64,000 nucleotides of DNA from Isurus oxyrinchus. Taxonomy: Eukaryota. Under the pieces are notes generated by a model, which made no database searches, had not been told where the DNA came from, and saw only the letters and a list, made by a program, of their open reading frames with translations. This document shows, one piece after another, positions 1-12,311 of the stretch. Position 1 is the stretch's first letter. Every line of letters begins with the position of its first letter. Where the stretch lies: contig JANJGN010000026.1 of NCBI GenBank assembly GCA_026770705.1, positions 620,001 to 684,000 on the forward strand. The letters are read 5' to 3'. The position numbers were made by a program, and so were the translations under genes.

Positions 1-604
1 CAGGATTGCTCCCTACACTATATTGCTCTGACACACCTCTAATAATTACATAGTCATGTCATGGATTGTTCAGCTTCAGTTCTACAATGGATAATTATTA
101 GTTGTGATGTTAATTTTCCTGATGAACAAGATTATATTTTAAATAATGTTATAATACATCCGTATCCCTTGGTGTGGCTTCAGATAATCATGAGGAGATA
201 AAACCAAAGGAGTAAATTTCGAAAAGGAGAATGCATATTTGTGATGTTTTATTTTAATAATCAGTGCAAAGTGCTGGAGAACTAATAAAGACAACTTAAT
301 AAAGACTGAACTCACATTCCTCTCAAAACAGTAATGGTTTGTATTGCTGTCCAGTCACAAAATGAATAGTAAGTCAATGTTTTCTCAAAACAGTTTACAA
401 AACAACAGTCTATAACACGCAGGAATGACTGGGGAGATTGACGTTCATGTCTATGGGATAGAGAATGCTGACAGACACATGATACAACCGGGTTATTTCC
501 AATACAAGTCTGTAACTGGAGATATGTTATTGGAAATGTTAACTCCATGAAGGAAGAAGAGGTTTCACTTCTATTCATTACATGCGTACAGACGTATATT
601 CTAA

Positions 605-1905
605 TTAGGAGTAGAAGCAGGAGTAGGCCATTCGACCCGTCCACCTGCTCCAAAATTCAATAAGCTAATGGCTCATCTGATTCTAACTTCAGCTTCACGT
701 TGCCATCTACCTCAGGCACAATTTCACCACTTGCTTATCAAGAATATATCTAACTCTGCCTTTAAAAAAAATAGAAGACTCTTCTTTCTCAGTTGGTCGT
801 GAGTCCTTGGAACTCTCCTCCTCATAAGGTGGTGGAAACAGAGAAAAAATAAAACCTCTTCACCCCAGTCTTAAATGGGCGGCCACTTATTTTTAATCAA
901 TGACCCCTAGCTCTTGGGTCTCCCACAAGAGGAAACGTCCTTTCCACGTCCATCCCCCATTCCAGGTATTGGTCTAGTGAACCTTCTCTAAACAGCTTGC
1001 AATCCTTTTGCACTCTTCCTTAAAATCGGAGGCTAGTACTGTACAGAGTACTCAAGATGTGCTCTTTCTCTGGAGTCACATATGACTGAAGGATAACCAT
1101 CTAATCTTGTAATCAATTCCTTTTACAATAAACGTTAACATTCTATTAGCGTTCCTAATGGCTTGTTGTACCTGCGTGATGCATGAAAAGGGGCACTCAG
1201 CTTCATCTGCATCTCAAGTTTCTGCAATACTTCGCTATTTTCATAATATGTTTTTTTTTGTATTCTTAACGCTAAAATGGACAACTTCACATTTCCCTAA
1301 AGTAAGAATAATTTGTCAGATCTTTGCCCATTCCATTAACCCATTTGTATCCATTTGTAGCCCCTTTAAGTCATCTTCACAGCTTGCTTTCCTCCCTAAA
1401 AATGTAATACGAGGAAATTTAGCAACTATATATCTTCGGTCCCATTATTCAAGTCACCTGTGGAAATTGCAATGTTTTGAGGCTGCAGCAGTGATCACTA
1501 TGACGCACCTCTATCTATCCAAACCGAAAATGACTCATTTATATACTCTTTCTGTTTCCTGTTCGCTAGCGAAGTTTCTTATCCATGTCGATATCTTACT
1601 TCAATGAGCTTTTATTTTCTGAAATAACCTTTGGTGTGGCACATTGTTAAAAGCCTTCTGGAATTCTAGGTATAGTACATCCATGTGTTCCCCATTATCT
1701 GCAACGCATGTTGCTTCTTAAAAGAAAGCCAATAAATTGGTCAGACATGATTTCACACTCACAAAAATGCGCTGATTTTATCTAATTACCTTGAATTTGG
1801 CTCAGTGCCCTGCTACAACGCCTTTAATAATAGATTCTAACATTTTCCTATTACAGATGTTACACGAAATGGCCTGTAGATTCGTTTTTTACTGACAACT
1901 TTCCT
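605..1905 (-). mobile_element. Decayed CR1-type LINE, 3' portion (RT C-terminus and 3' tail)
   Basis: The reverse complement of 605-640 is the CR1-type 3' end (gaatggcctactcctgcttctactc), seen again at about 18.37, 20.52, 46.74 and 63.64 kb. Inward are RT-like relics, e.g. the rc of 1650-1670 reads like 'LEFQKAFNNVPH'. Many stops; boundaries approximate. Confidence 0.65.
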
Positions 1906-3766
1906 TTTTAACGTTGTGGATCACCCGTGGCTTCACAGGTGAGAGAAAGTATTTCAATGACTCGTGGGTAGGTGGGGATCGACTCACCTCTCAATTATCT
2001 GTGTAACAAGGGCATTCTTAAACAGGAGAAGCAGTTTAGCTGTTCTGCCCTTGAGAATGGATAACTCAGTTATTCTGCCTGCTGTTACATCGTTGAGTTC
2101 ACAAAAGTCTGATGATCAGCTGTCATTGCTGCTGTTAATCTTCTTCACGCCTGAGCCGTACTCATTCTGGCAGTTAGACTGTGCTTCTGCAAATTTTAAT
2201 GACCCCAATAATTGTTTTCAGATTGTAATGCACAAAACTGTGGGGATATAACGAAAACATATGGCGGGAGGCTGGAGGGTGGGGACACTCTGTAAAGGTC
2301 TAAATGGAGTGTGCCACTCTAAAATAATTGGAAAATGAAATATATATTTGCTGATAGACATTGTGATTAGGTGATTCTGGGAATTAGAGGTCAGAAACGA
2401 TGAATCCAAGAGTAACCCATTTCATCCAGTAGTTCTGCATGTCTCTCATTTTACATCTAAAATGTGCATGACATCATCGGAGAGCAGAATGCTTGAGAAC
2501 AACTCAGTGGTGCAACACACTTCCCAGTCCACGGATCGAAACCTGCAGCCCGGCAGCACTGGGGGCATTTTCCAATGGGCAGTGGACAAACTGGTTCTTC
2601 GTGGGCATAAGAAAGTCAGGTACTGAGCACACTTAAGCCAACAGAGCTATTACAAAGTGTCACCCACTCTCAGGCAACTTCGGGTTTGACATCGAAGCAA
2701 CTTCATATCGTAGGGCCTTCAAAAGCTTTCCCCAGCACAGCTCAAACTGTGATGTATGCGGGGATTTATAATACACATATGTACAAAACTGCCTCTTTTA
2801 ATTTGCTCTATGAATGTGAGGATTTTACAGGAACACCGTCCAGAATTTATTCACAGCAGCCACACCATAAACAAGCATAATAGGACGATAAGGCATATCA
2901 ATGCGTGGTGGAAAGATGGTGCAGGAGAGAGGGCTTTAGTTTGCTGGGGCACATGGACTGGCTCTGGTGGAGTTGGCACCAGGACAAACCGGCTGGTTGC
3001 ATCCGATAAGACCGAGAATAGCTTCCTTGGGAGCGTTTGAAACTAACTCGGCCGGGATGTTGAACCAGGGGAGAGTATTAATGAGGAATATCAGGGTGCA
3101 CAAAATACTTGGAGACATATATAACGCCATAAAGGTGATTAATAAGTTAGTAGGTGGGGTTTCTGTGAGGGAGAAAATAACAAATTCTAAATCATGTTTA
3201 CTATACATGTATGTGAATGCGCGATGTACAGTCAATACAACTGAGGAATTACAGACGCAGGTTGCCAGGTGCAAATATGATCTTTTGGCGACAGCAGAAA
3301 CCTGGCTCAAGGAAGTGCAGAACTGGGTGTTAAACATTTCTGGTACAAGGTATTCAGAAAAGTTAGGTAAGGAAGGAAAGGAGGAGGTTGGCTTTATTGT
3401 TTAAGGAGACCGTTGCAGTGCTGGAGAAAGAGGATGTCCCACAGTGTCCAAGGACAGAATCAATTTGGCTAGAGCTAAGGAGCAAAAGAGTGCGATTACA
3501 TTGCTTGGTGTACTCCATAGGCAGCCAGCTAGTGAGGAGGGCGTAGAATGACAAATCCCCAGGGATAATATGGAGGTTTGCAAGCATTATAGAGTAGTTT
3601 TAATGAGGGACTTCACTCACCCGAATGGAGACTGAGACAGTGGTAGTGTAAAAGTTGGAGAAGGGCAAATGTTGCTAGATTTTGTTCAGGAAAGAATTAC
3701 TACAGTAGTATGTGTCCAATCCAACAAGAAAAGAAGCACTTTTTTTGTTTTTATCTCTGTGTTTAA

Positions 3767-6545
3767 TTGACTGCCACTGCTCTTCAAGAAATGCCTACCT
3801 CCTTGAAGAAGTTCTGTCCATCTCTGCGACAAGATTTCTGTATCTCTCTTTTGCCTTGCTCACATTCATTGCTTTCCATTTCTCTCCTGGTGTTTGACAA
3901 GGTGTTTACTAAAAGTCGCTTTCACAGCCATATCTCCTTTCTCAGTGACTGTCTCCATCTCCGACTTACCCCACGTGGATTTCAATTGAAATTCCACCCC
4001 TCATGTTTCGAACCCACCCAGGATTACCGGTATCTCCGGGACATAAAACGTTTCTCGGACTGCTGTTCCCGTCACATTCTGAGATCCACACTCAGTGCCA
4101 TGCGCCACCATATGAACACACTCGACCTCTCCCTCCAGCAGCACCGCCGTACCCTTTTTCAAAGCTGCGCATGCCCCCAGTTTCATTTTACTGTTCGGCT
4201 CATCCGACGCCTCAACAAGAAACTTTTTCTCTTTCTCTCAAGTGCTAAGGAATGCAAGCTCCAACAACTCATCGACATCAACACCCATCTAGGACCCTCC
4301 ACCCCTGCCTGTCCCTCCGACCCCACCCCATCTTCTAATCCCAGCTCCAGCCGTGTATTCACTATACCCCCTGACCTTCCCCTCTCCGATGCTGAACGTT
4401 CAGTGCTCAGCAAAAGACTTAGTTTCATACCCTTACGCCCTCACCTCAATGAATTTCGGGCTTGGCATGATGCTGAACTCTTCGTCCGCCGTCTTCGTCT
4501 CTGGGCTCACATCTTTGGGCAGAGGTACTCTCCCAGTTCAATGGATCCTTTCACCCACCTCCAATATTGTCCCTCCAACTGGACCCCTCCCTTTGGATTC
4601 TTACCTTCTCTTGATCTTTTCATTGAGAACTGTCGGTGCGACATGAGTCATCCCAATTTCTCTGCTCTTCTCACTGATTCTCATCTCTCTCTCTCTGAAC
4701 TGACTGCACTCCGTTCTCTCAGGTCCAACCCTGACATTGTCATCAAACCCGCTGACAAGGGTGGTGCTGTTGTTGTCTGGTGCACTGACCTCTACCTTGC
4801 AGAGGCTGAGCGTCAACTCGCAGACACTTCCTCCTACCTCTCCCTGCACCATGACCCCGCCACTGAACATCAAATCATTGTTTCCAGGACTGTCACTGAC
4901 CTCATCTCCTCTGGGAATCTTCCACCCACAGCTTGCAACCTGATAATCGCCCAACCTCGGATGGCCCACTTCTATCTCCTACCCAAAATCCACAAACAGA
5001 ACTGCCCCGGTAGACTGATCATGTCAGCTTGCTCCTGCCCCACAGAACTCATTTCTCGTTATCTTGACTCCCTTCTCTCTCCCCCTGTCCAGTCCCCTCC
5101 CACATACATCCGTGATTCCTCTGACACCTTACGTCACATCAACAATTTCCTGTTCCCTGGCTCCAACTGCTTCCTCTTCACCATGGACGTCCAATCCCTC
5201 TACACCTCCATCCCCCACCAGGATGGTCTGAGGGCCCTTAGCTTCTTCTTTGAACAGAGGCCCAAACAATCCCCATCCACCACTACTCTCCTCCGTCTGG
5301 CTGAACTTGTTCTCACACTGAACAATTTCTCCTTCAACTCCTCTCACTTCTTCTAAATAAAAGGTGTGGCTATGGGTACCCACATGGGCCCCAGCTATGC
5401 CTGTCTCTTTATGGGGTATGTGGAACATTCCTTGTTCCAGTCCTACTTCAGCCCCCTTCCACAACTCTTTCTCTGGTACATCGATGATTACTTCGGTGCT
5501 GCTTCATGCTCTCGTTGAGACTTGGAAAAATTTATTAATTTTGCTTCCAACCTCCATCCCTCCATCATTTTCACGTGGTCCATCTCTGACACTTCCCTTC
5601 CCTTCCTTGACCTCTCTGTCTCAATCTCTGGTGATAGACTGTCCACCAATATCCATTACAAACCCACCGACACCCACAGCTACCTCGACTATCGCTCCTC
5701 ACACCCAGCTTCCTGTTAGGACTCCATCCAATTCTCTCAGTTCCTTCACCTCCGTCGCATCTGTTCTGATGATGCTACCTTCAAAAACAGTTTCTCTGAC
5801 AAGTCCTCCTTCTTCCTTAACCGACGTTTTTCACCATGTTCGTTGACAGGGCCCTCAACCCTGCCCGGCCCATTTCCCACATATCTGCCCTCACGCATTC
5901 TCCTCCCTCCCAGAAACATGATAGGGTCCCCCTTGTCCTCACCTATCACCCCACCAGCCTCCGCATTCAAAGGATCATCCTCTGCCATTTCCACCAACTC
6001 CAGCATGATACCACCACCAAACACATTTTCACTTCACCCCCCCATCGGCATTCCGCATGTATCATTCCCTCCGGGACACCCTGGTCCACTCCTCCATCAC
6101 CCCCTACTCCTCATCCCCCTCCTATGGCACCACCCTGTGCCCACGCAAAAGATGCAACACCTGCCCCTTCACTTACTCTCTCCTCACCGTCCAAGGGCTC
6201 AAACACTCCTTTCAAGTGAAGCAGCATTTCACTTGCATTTCCCCCAACTTAGTCGACTGCATTCGTTGCTCCCAATGTGGTCTCCTCTACATTGGAGAGA
6301 CCAAACGTAAACTGGGCGACCGCTTTGCAGAACACCTGTAGACTGTCCGCAAGAATGACCCAAACTTCCCTGTCGCTTGCCATTTTAACACTCCACCCTG
6401 CTCTCTTGCCCACATGTCTGCCCTTGGCTTGCTGCATTGTTCCAGTGAAGCCCAACGCAAACTGGAGGAACAACACCTCATCTTCCGACAAGGCACTTTG
6501 CAGCCTTCCGGACTGAATATTGAATTCAACAACTTTAGGTCGTGA
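3767..6545 (+). pseudogene. PLE RT/GIY-YIG polyprotein ORF, disrupted
   Basis: The 529-aa ORF stops at TAA 5354-5356, but the same frame continues into YIDD. The thumb, linker and endonuclease are spread over several frames (5522, 5836, 6057). Confidence 0.85.
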
Positions 6546-6952
6546 GCTCCCTCCCCCATCCCCACCCCCTTTTTGTTTCCCCCTTGCTTTTGTTTTTTCC
6601 AATAAATTATATAGATTTTTCTTTTCCAACCTATTTCCATTATTTTTAAATATTTTTAAATCTTTTATACACCCCCACCCCCACTAGAGCTATACCTTGA
6701 GTGCCCTACCATCCTTTCTTAATTAGCACATTCGTTTAGATAATATCACCAACATTAACACCTATGTGTTCTTTTGTTCTGTTGTTTGTGACACCTTTTG
6801 ATGATCTGCTTCTATTATTGCCTGTTTGTCCCTACAACCACACCAACGAGCTCCACTTCTCTCTCTCTTCCCCCACCCAAACCACACACCCCCCCCCCCC
6901 CCCAACACACCTTAAACCAGTTTATATTTCGCCCCTTTCGTGGACTCACTCA

Positions 6953-6991
6953 AGTTCTGTCGAAGGGTCATGAGGACTCGAAACGTCAAAT
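6953..6991 (+). ncRNA. Minimal type I hammerhead ribozyme-like motif in PLE 3' repeat (A6U core variant)
   Basis: AGTT-CTGTCGA-A-GGGTC-ATGAG-GACTC-GAAA-C-GTC-AAAT: core-like heptamer, 5-bp stem II, GAAA, palindromic ACGT helix III and a GUC cleavage triplet. PLEs are known to carry such motifs. Confidence 0.65.
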
Positions 6992-9281
6992 CTTTTCTTC
7001 TCCGCTGATGCTGCCAGACCTGCTGAGTTTTTCCAGGTAATTTTGTTTTTGTTAAGAAAAGAAGCACTGTTGGACCTGTTTCCTGGAAATGAGGTGGGCC
7101 AAGTAGATCCAGTGTCAGTGGGGGAACGCTTAGGAGACAGTGATCATTGTATTGTAAATTTTAGGATGATGAAAGAAAATGATGACAGACAATCCGGAGT
7201 AAGAATATTTAGCCGCCTTCGATGGGGCATTTAGGGAGCTGTGCCAGAGAGGCTGGAAGGAAAGATTGACGGGGAAAGAAGAAACTAGAGTGGAACAATG
7301 ATTTAACTTCAAAAAATAATTGGTTCACGCACAGTCAAGGTGTATCCCAATGAAAGGGAAAGGTGAAACGAACAAACCCAGAGCTCCCTAGATGTATAAA
7401 GAGATAACATTTACGTTGAAGTAGAAAATATATGCTTATGATAGGTCGAACAGACAATTGAGAAACAACAGGAATAGAGGAGATTCAGGGGGGAGGTGAA
7501 AAAAACAGAGTAGAAAAACGAAGAGGGGTTACCAGAAAAGGCTGGCAGCCAACACAAAGGGGAGTCACTAAGTCTTCTCTGGGCCTGAACATAGTGAAAG
7601 GGTATAAACGGAGGTGTTGGACCGATTTGCGAGCGAAAAAGGAATTTACACATGTCTGAGGTATTATGTGAACAATTTGCATTCGTCTTGACCCAGCTGT
7701 TAGAAGCTATCAAGGCCTTGGTGACAGAAAAGGAAACGCTGCCACTTGAAGTGTTCTAACTGATAAGGGAAGTGCTGCATAGAATGTCGATACTTAAAGC
7801 TGTCAAGGTGCCAGGACACAATGAGGTGCGTCCAAGGATATTGAACGAAGCGAGATTGGAAACTGCAGGGGCACTGACCATAAATTTTCAGTCTTCACTT
7901 GAATCAGGGGGTGGGGGGCGGAGGGCTGTGGTGGGGGGTGGCGGTGTTGGGTGGGGGGGAGGGGGCGGGCGCGGGGGCTGGTGGTGTGAGAAAGACTGGG
8001 GAATTGCAAACATTATTCAAAAATGGTTGTAAGGGTAAACCCAGCGAATAAAGGCCTGTCAGTTCAACATGGTGGTGGGCAAGATTGTAGAATCAAATAT
8101 TCGGGGTAGAATTAGCAGCTGCCTGGAAAAGTATGGGTTGATAAGGAACAGTCAGCATCGAGTTCTTAAGGGGAAATCGTATTTAACTAACTTGTGGAGT
8201 TGTTTGAAGAGGTAGCAGAAAAGGTCGATGGGGGTAATGCCCTTGATGTGGTGTACATGGACTTTCAAAAATCATTCGATACACTGCTAAAATTCAGAAT
8301 TGTGAGAAAATTAACTGCTCATATAATAATGGAGACATTGCAAAATGGATACAAAATTGGGTGAACAATAAGCAGCAGAGAGTAATGGTCAATGGACATT
8401 TCCTGGGCTGGAATGGTCTACAACTGCTCCAATACTCCATTGTTCATGCCTTCCAATGCAATTAATGCAAAATTATCTGTAGGCAATATAAAACGTTCTC
8501 CTTAAAACATTCAAAGTTAATCAAGAACATGAACATACAATCTCGCAAGGCGATTCGGGAGGCCCTGTACAAGTTTGCTGCCGAGATCTCTTTATAAACA
8601 ATTGTCAGGGCGCAGGTTGGAGCTTAGGGTGTCTTCCCGTCCGCATGATTTAATGTTTAAAAGCATGCAAACACTTTTCAAAATATTTTGAAATGTGTAA
8701 ACCAATTGCAGAATCTTGAAAAATACCTTTATTGTGTTTAGATGTATTTAAGGTTATAATAAAAGACGCAACTGCTTTTGAGCTGAATAGTGACCGCAAG
8801 ACACATGTCTGGGGTTCGTTACCACTTAAGAGGGCGCGATTTCGCCATGAATTCGGCCCTCTGCTGGTCTACGTCAATGTTTTACTCCGTGGGCCATACA
8901 ACAACCTAAGGTTGAAATCTTCGTGTCAGCCAATGAAGAAGGCAAATTTGCAGACAGCGTGGTCATTCGCAAACATGGCTGCTTTGACTCGGATGCAAAA
9001 TGTCCAGTCCGTTTTTTGTTTAGAAAAACTTGCAGCTGGAATCATGCTGTAGCCTCTTGGCATTTTAGTTCAGAGCCTAGTCAGATTCCATGAAAAAAAA
9101 TTGAATTGATCAACACATTAACAGCCGAGAAGCAGCTGCATTAATCTGTTTATTACAAAAAAAGGTAATAAATTTTTAGGTAGATCAAACCATCTAATTA
9201 TTTCCCTGGAGACTGAGATTAGGTATAAAGGTGAGATTTCTTACAATGTAAGGTAGAACTTGCTCAGAGTTCCTAATCGGA

Positions 9282-9351
9282 ATGCACGTCTCACCAAAAA
9301 GCCTGTTGTTTGCCATTTACTATCCCGTCCTTGCTGCTATCGGGATTCCGG
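9282..9351 (+). CDS. GPR139/GPR142-like GPCR, exon 1 (MHVSPKSLLFAIYYPVLAAIGIP, phase 1)
   Basis: ATG at 9282, TM1 start 'IYYPVLAAIGIP' and GT donor at 9352. It joins in frame (G+CT = Ala) to the acceptor at 11407/11408, giving 'GIPANLIVIL'. Confidence 0.8.
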
Positions 9352-11047
9352 GTAAAAGTTTGTTGTTATTTCATAGTTTTGTGAATCATTGTTTAGATGC
9401 ATTATTCCTTCAATTTTAACAGTAGGGTGTCTACACGGTCCTGAAATCCGTTCTCCCATCTAATGGGAAATAATTTTCACACTGATTGATATAAATTCAT
9501 TACATTAGCTGACACCAGTTCTCCACCATTTTTCATCTACAACTGTATCATTCCTCCATGTTAACGGTGCGATTTCTTTTATTGACACAGTTACTCGAAA
9601 TTGATGGTTAAGTATCTCTCTCTTAGCAATGTGATGCTTTCCTCTTTGCTCGCATCGATCATTCACTTTAAAACTTCTCTTCCTTAATTATATGCTGACT
9701 TCCTAAGGCTGGACCCATTTAATCGGTTTAATTATACAGTTCATCCCATTTACCATCATCATCTTACGATGTCATTGTACTTCAGCTGTGTTGCTGGCAG
9801 TATTACTTTACGTGCCTTCTCCTAATGTTGTCACGATGTAAAATGTGCTGTTAATAATGTCATTGTTCTGTTAACAATGCTGTTATGGGTAAATGACCGC
9901 AATGTCAAAATGGTGCAAATGCAGTTTTATTGTGTCACTTGGAAGGGTACCCTGGGTATATTTTCAGTCTGTTAACACAGTGTATATGCACTCCTGTTTT
10001 ATTCACGCCTTCACTTCGAGAGAATTATCACACTGTTGTCACAATGTCCATGTTCATCTATTTAGTTATTGCCACTGTTAATTTGATTGAATTATCATAT
10101 TACAGTCACTATGCAACTCGACACATATTGGGATTGACAATGATGGGTGTAATTAGCAGAAGTGAGATATTATTGAAATAATTGTCCCATTTAGCAACTT
10201 CTCATTGAATTTAATTAATTTATATATTCTGCAATAGCTTATTAGTGTTCGATGTATTGATAAATATACACGTAATGTAAAAATAGAACTTTGATGAATG
10301 ATTGAATTTGTCTCAGTCGCACAAAGCAGTGTTTTTGGTTCTCAGTTTCTGACATTCGCTGCTTCAGCCCTGCACTCTTCTTCCGCATTAGCTCCTGCTA
10401 GTGGCTGTACATTTATGAGTGCTGAATCTGGGAAACCCTTCTGCTCCGAGCAGCAGGCAATATCCCGGAACATTCCCATCTTCATTGTCACGGCCAGACT
10501 GACTTAGGACACAAACTGGTCACATCGTTCTCATCTCAGGCACAGAGATTTGAGTCCAAGTAGCCACGAAAGCCCAAAAATAATCATTTTTCATCGATGG
10601 TCCAGTGCAACCCTCAGGAAGTGCTACATTGTAGGAGTGTCTTTTTGTTGCAAATGGGACCTCATTCTCTCCCACTCTCAGTGGTTTGAATCGCACCAGA
10701 AGATTCTGGGTGATTATTAACAGAAAAAGCCATGCTTAGCTCTGTGTATACCTATCATATCCTCTGCAAAGTCAGAGAAACGCTGATTGTTCGGTCTCTC
10801 TTCTGAGGTTGATTTTATTTTTGATCACGTTGCCTGTCTCCTTTTATCCAAAGGATCAGTTTTAGAGTAATTCATTGGATGTGACAACTGTTGACCATCC
10901 GTGAGTTGTGGTTCGATGTATTATTCGTTTCCACAACTGTTGTTGGTTGTCCTTTTTTGTCCACGTATTTATTTGCCAGTGTGTTATTTTCTTACGCATT
11001 CGTTATTCTTGTGCTGGTTTTGTTGTGTTTCGATGATTACTTATTTC

Positions 11048-11160
11048 TCAAATAAAACAGAGAATGCTAACAAATCTCAACAGGCCTGGCAGCATCTTTG
11101 GAAAGAGAAATAGAGTTAATATTTCGAGGCTGAATGGCTTTTCATCAGAGCAGTTGCTTG
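11048..11160 (-). mobile_element. PLE terminal-repeat fragment with degenerate hammerhead motif, in the GPCR intron
   Basis: Similar to the arms at 36136, 43810 and 60545. The rc reads CTGATGA...GCCTC-GAAA-TATTAACTC, but stem II is decayed. Confidence 0.6.
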
Positions 11161-11407
11161 TTTCTCTATTGGTTCTCATTATATTATTGTGCATTCCATT
11201 ACAGTCAGCCCACCTATCTGTTTTAACTCGAATGATTATTTCAATTGATTCTAGTGCAAATAGTACTTTGCAACTCACTATCACACCTCTGATGTATAAA
11301 TATCACACCAACTCCTGTTACATGGATGTTTTTGTTGGAAACCAAGCAGTAACTTTCCAGGTTTATCACTGTCACACACGCACTTTTTTTTTCTCTATAT
11401 ATTACAG

Positions 11408-12311
11408 CTAACCTGATTGTAATCCTGTCTCGAAGAAGATGTGGTCTCTCTAAATGTGTCACCTGCTACCTGGTGTCTATGGCGGTGAAAGATCTCATGG
11501 TCATGGTCACAGCTATGATATTAAACTGGATTTCTGGGATCTATTTCCCATCCAGTTTCCTGCCCATCACACCAATATGCAGCCTCCGCATTGTCCTAAT
11601 TTACATAGCCATAGACAGTGCTGTCTGGTTAACCGTTGCTTTCACCTTTGATCGATTTATGGCCATTTGTTGCCACAAGCTGAAAATAAAATATTGTACT
11701 GAGGAGATAGCGGTGTGGGTGATCGGAACTGTGTGCACACTAACCTGCGTAAAAACACTTTCTTGCATTTTGTGTACGAACCTATGTACATAATTAACAA
11801 TGTGCCCTGGTTCTGTGTCCTAAAATTAATGTTTTATACGTCATCTGCTTGGGCTGCATATGATTTAATTCGTTCTATTTTAATGCCCTGTCTTCCATTC
11901 ATTCTTATTTTACTACTCAATGCTCTGACCGTCAGACACATTTTACTGTCCAATAGAGCCCGCAGGAGACTCTGGGCCCAGAGCAATGGAGAGAATCAGA
12001 GTGACCCTGAGATGGAGAATCGGAGAAAGTCAATGGTTTTGCTTTTCGCCATCTCGGGCAGTTTCATCCTGTTATATTTGTTACTTTTTGTTACGATCCT
12101 CTACGTCCAGATTGCAAAGGTAATTTATTTCTCAGGTTCTGATTTCAATGGATCGACATTTAACCTGGAAGAAACTGGATATATGCTTCAGTATTTGAGT
12201 TCCAGCATCAACCCGTTCATTTATGCTGGGACCCAGAGTAAATTCAGAGGCAAGTTTAAGAATGGGGTGAAATATCCACTGAGCCTATTTGTTAAAATGT
12301 TTAATTTTTGA
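11408..12311 (+). pseudogene. GPR139/GPR142-like rhodopsin-class GPCR, exon 2, one frameshift at A-run 11751-11755
   Basis: Polypyrimidine-CAG acceptor. Motifs 'CGLSKCVTCYLVSMAVKDL', 'WLTVAFTFDRFMAIC', 'LPFILILLLNALTVRHIL', 'DPEMENRRKSMVLLFAIS' and 'NPFIYAGTQSKFR', with stop at 12309-12311. The two overlapping ORFs need one extra A at 11751-11755. Confidence 0.85.

Larger units (their letters stand above)
3741..7053 (+). mobile_element. Penelope-like retroelement (Neptune-type), near full length, inactivated; 15-bp TSD
   Basis: RT motifs KPADKGGAVVV, YLLPKIHK, MDVQSLYTSIPH, GVAMGT and YIDD (5477-5488). Cys linker CPRKRCNTC. GIY-YIG endonuclease 'CIRCSQCGLLYIGETKRKLGDRFAEH'. Exact direct repeat AAGAAAAGAAGCACT at 3726-3740 and 7054-7068. 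Confidence 0.92.
2860..8415 (+). mobile_element. Decayed CR1 LINE (end of esterase-like ORF1, ORF2 APE endonuclease to start of RT), split by a Penelope-like insertion
   Basis: ORF 2967-3404 contains the APE start 'CLLYMYVNARCTVN...YDLLATAETWL'. 'SNPTRKEAL' (3712) rejoins 'LLDLFPGNEVGQV...LGDSDHCIV' (7043) across the insertion. An RT-like 'DVVYMDFQKSFD' lies at about 8244-8280. Confidence 0.8.

Noticed and set aside
4001-6640. Antisense and alternate-frame ORFs over the PLE (likewise 58.3-60.4 kb)
   Set aside because: Shadow ORFs from the C-rich coding strand with no independent motifs.
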